In this document: positions 59,769-60,845 of the stretch, in pieces
Numbering within the stretch: the stretch's first letter is position 1
How the letters are laid out: each line of letters begins with the position of its first letter
Source of the DNA: Elusimicrobiota bacterium
Lineage (GTDB): Bacteria > Elusimicrobiota > Elusimicrobia > Elusimicrobiales > UBA9959
NCBI GenBank assembly: GCA_016209085.1
Contig: JACQWV010000010.1
Location: 1-60,845, forward strand
Length of the DNA: 60,845 nucleotides
Direction: 5' to 3'
Translations under genes and position numbers: made by a program
Notes under the pieces: model-generated
What the model was told of the DNA's origin: nothing
Seen by the model: the letters and a program-made list of their open reading frames with translations, nothing else
Database searches by the model: none

Positions 59769-60845
59769 CTAAATTGCGTGGGAGAGGATTTCTTCAATGG
59801 TTTTTTTTGAGTAGCGCATTCCCCAGAGTCTTACAAGCCCCATGGCGTTTTCAGCGATTTGCGGAATGTCCGCCTCGGGTATTTTTACATCTTTGAGGCT
59901 TATTGGCGCGCCGATTTGTCTGAACCACTTCTTTAATGTTTCTATTCCTTCTTGGGCGGTTTGTTCCGGATTTTTAGCGCTGATTTTCAGGACTTTTTCC
60001 GCGAATTTGGCTGTTCTTATATGATTGCCTTTTTTAAAACAATATTTCAAATACGCTGGAATGACAATGGCAAGGCCTGCTCCGTGAGGAATGTCGTAAA
60101 TCGCGCTTAAAGAATGCTCTATCGCGTGGTTTATAAAGTCAACTCCAGCGTATCCGCACACGGGGAGGCCGTTGAGAGCCAGAGTAGCTGACCACATCAT
60201 TGAAGCCCTTGCGTCATAATCCTTAGGGTTTTTTATGATTCTGTCGGCGCTCACAATGATTGAGCGGGCCAGGGCTTCCACGAGTTCGTCCGTAACCGCA
60301 CAGTCTGAATCTTTTGTCGTAAAATACCCCTCAAGAATGTGAGCCAGAGCGTCAACAGCTCCGTAGGCAGTCTGTTCTTCGGGCAGGCTCATCGTGGTTT
60401 CAGGGTCAAGTATTGAGACTTTCGGGAAAGTTTTTGAAGAGCCTGCCGAGTATTTTTGTTTTGTTTCCTCGTTGGTTATGACAAAACCGCTGTTCATTTC
60501 AGAGCCGGTTGCAGGCAGGGTCAGCGCGGTTACAACGGGCAGGGCGTCTTTTATCCCGGCTTTCCCAATGAAAAAATCCCATGCGTCTCCGCCATGTTTT
60601 GCGCCTGCGGCGATGGCTTTTGCCTCGTCTATTACGCTTCCCCCTCCTGCCGCAATTATCACCTCTATGTTTTCTTTTTTCGCTGTTTTTATGCCTTCCC
60701 TTGCGTGTGATAAAACTGGATTCGGTTTTACTCCCGCATGTTCTATAAAATCAACCTTGTTTTCTTTGAGAGTTTTTACGATTGCTTCGTAAACCCCGTT
60801 TTTCTTTATGCTGTTTCTGCCGTAGACAAAAAGGGCTTTTTTCCC
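59769..60845 (-). CDS. Iron-containing alcohol dehydrogenase (BdhA/YqhD-like), with its 5' end outside the window
   Basis: The frame stays open upstream of the listed ORF to the window edge (GKKALFVYGRNSIKKNGVYEAIV...VIIAAGGGSVID). GGGS and metal-binding His residues (HAIEHSL, HGAG) are present. Confidence 0.9.
   Translation of the reverse strand, partial: GKKALFVYGRNSIKKNGVYEAIVKTLKENKVDFIEHAGVKPNPVLSHAREGIKTAKKENIEVIIAAGGGSVIDEAKAIAAGAKHGGDAWDFFIGKAGIKDALPVVTALTLPATGSEMNSGFVITNEETKQKYSAGSSKTFPKVSILDPETTMSLPEEQTAYGAVDALAHILEGYFTTKDSDCAVTDELVEALARSIIVSADRIIKNPKDYDARASMMWSATLALNGLPVCGYAGVDFINHAIEHSLSAIYDIPHGAGLAIVIPAYLKYCFKKGNHIRTAKFAEKVLKISAKNPEQTAQEGIETLKKWFRQIGAPISLKDVKIPEADIPQIAENAMGLVRLWGMRYSKKTIEEILSHAI

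Overview
This 60.8-kb window is a bacterial chromosomal segment. The style of its repeats and the many DUF-type genes suggest an uncultivated lineage, but I cannot assign taxonomy from sequence alone.

The backbone is housekeeping:
- typA, hutH-like ammonia-lyase, suhB-like phosphatase, rmuC, def-fmt, rpe
- the rpsP / KH-protein / trmD / rplS / rnhB / yraN cluster
- nucleoside salvage genes (PNP, pyrimidine-nucleoside phosphorylase, upp)
- an ABC-2 exporter, pcm, arsC, a glycerol-kinase-like gene, trxB, queD, maf, cutA
- ADP-forming acetyl-CoA synthetase and an Fe-alcohol dehydrogenase that runs off the right edge

There are two tRNAs, His-GTG and Arg-TCT. I saw no rRNA, CRISPR array, transposase or integrase.

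Four kinds of accessory signal sit on this backbone:
1. At least four families of short palindromic or MITE-like elements are present. Three of them sit in frame inside conserved protein genes (the NMO-like gene, typA, the ABC-2 permease, suhB and an alpha/beta hydrolase).
2. Three small cassettes lack a recombinase and are bounded by direct repeats:
   - a nucleotidyltransferase cassette in the duplicated 3' end of hutH
   - a Fic gene at the 3' end of tRNA-His
   - a 2.4-kb islet encoding an ABC/OLD-type ATPase, a DUF4276 (Toprim-like) protein and a GIY-YIG nuclease. This is my best candidate for an uncharacterised defence-type system.
3. An AT-rich accessory patch lies next to tRNA-Arg. It holds a secreted SNase-Excalibur nuclease, a frameshifted toxin/antitoxin-like pair and a GC-rich 212-nt element with nested helices.
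4. Intergenic spacers are built from short stop-codon-rich words, and several of them form long imperfect hairpins.

All functional calls come from motif recognition by eye. No database search was run.
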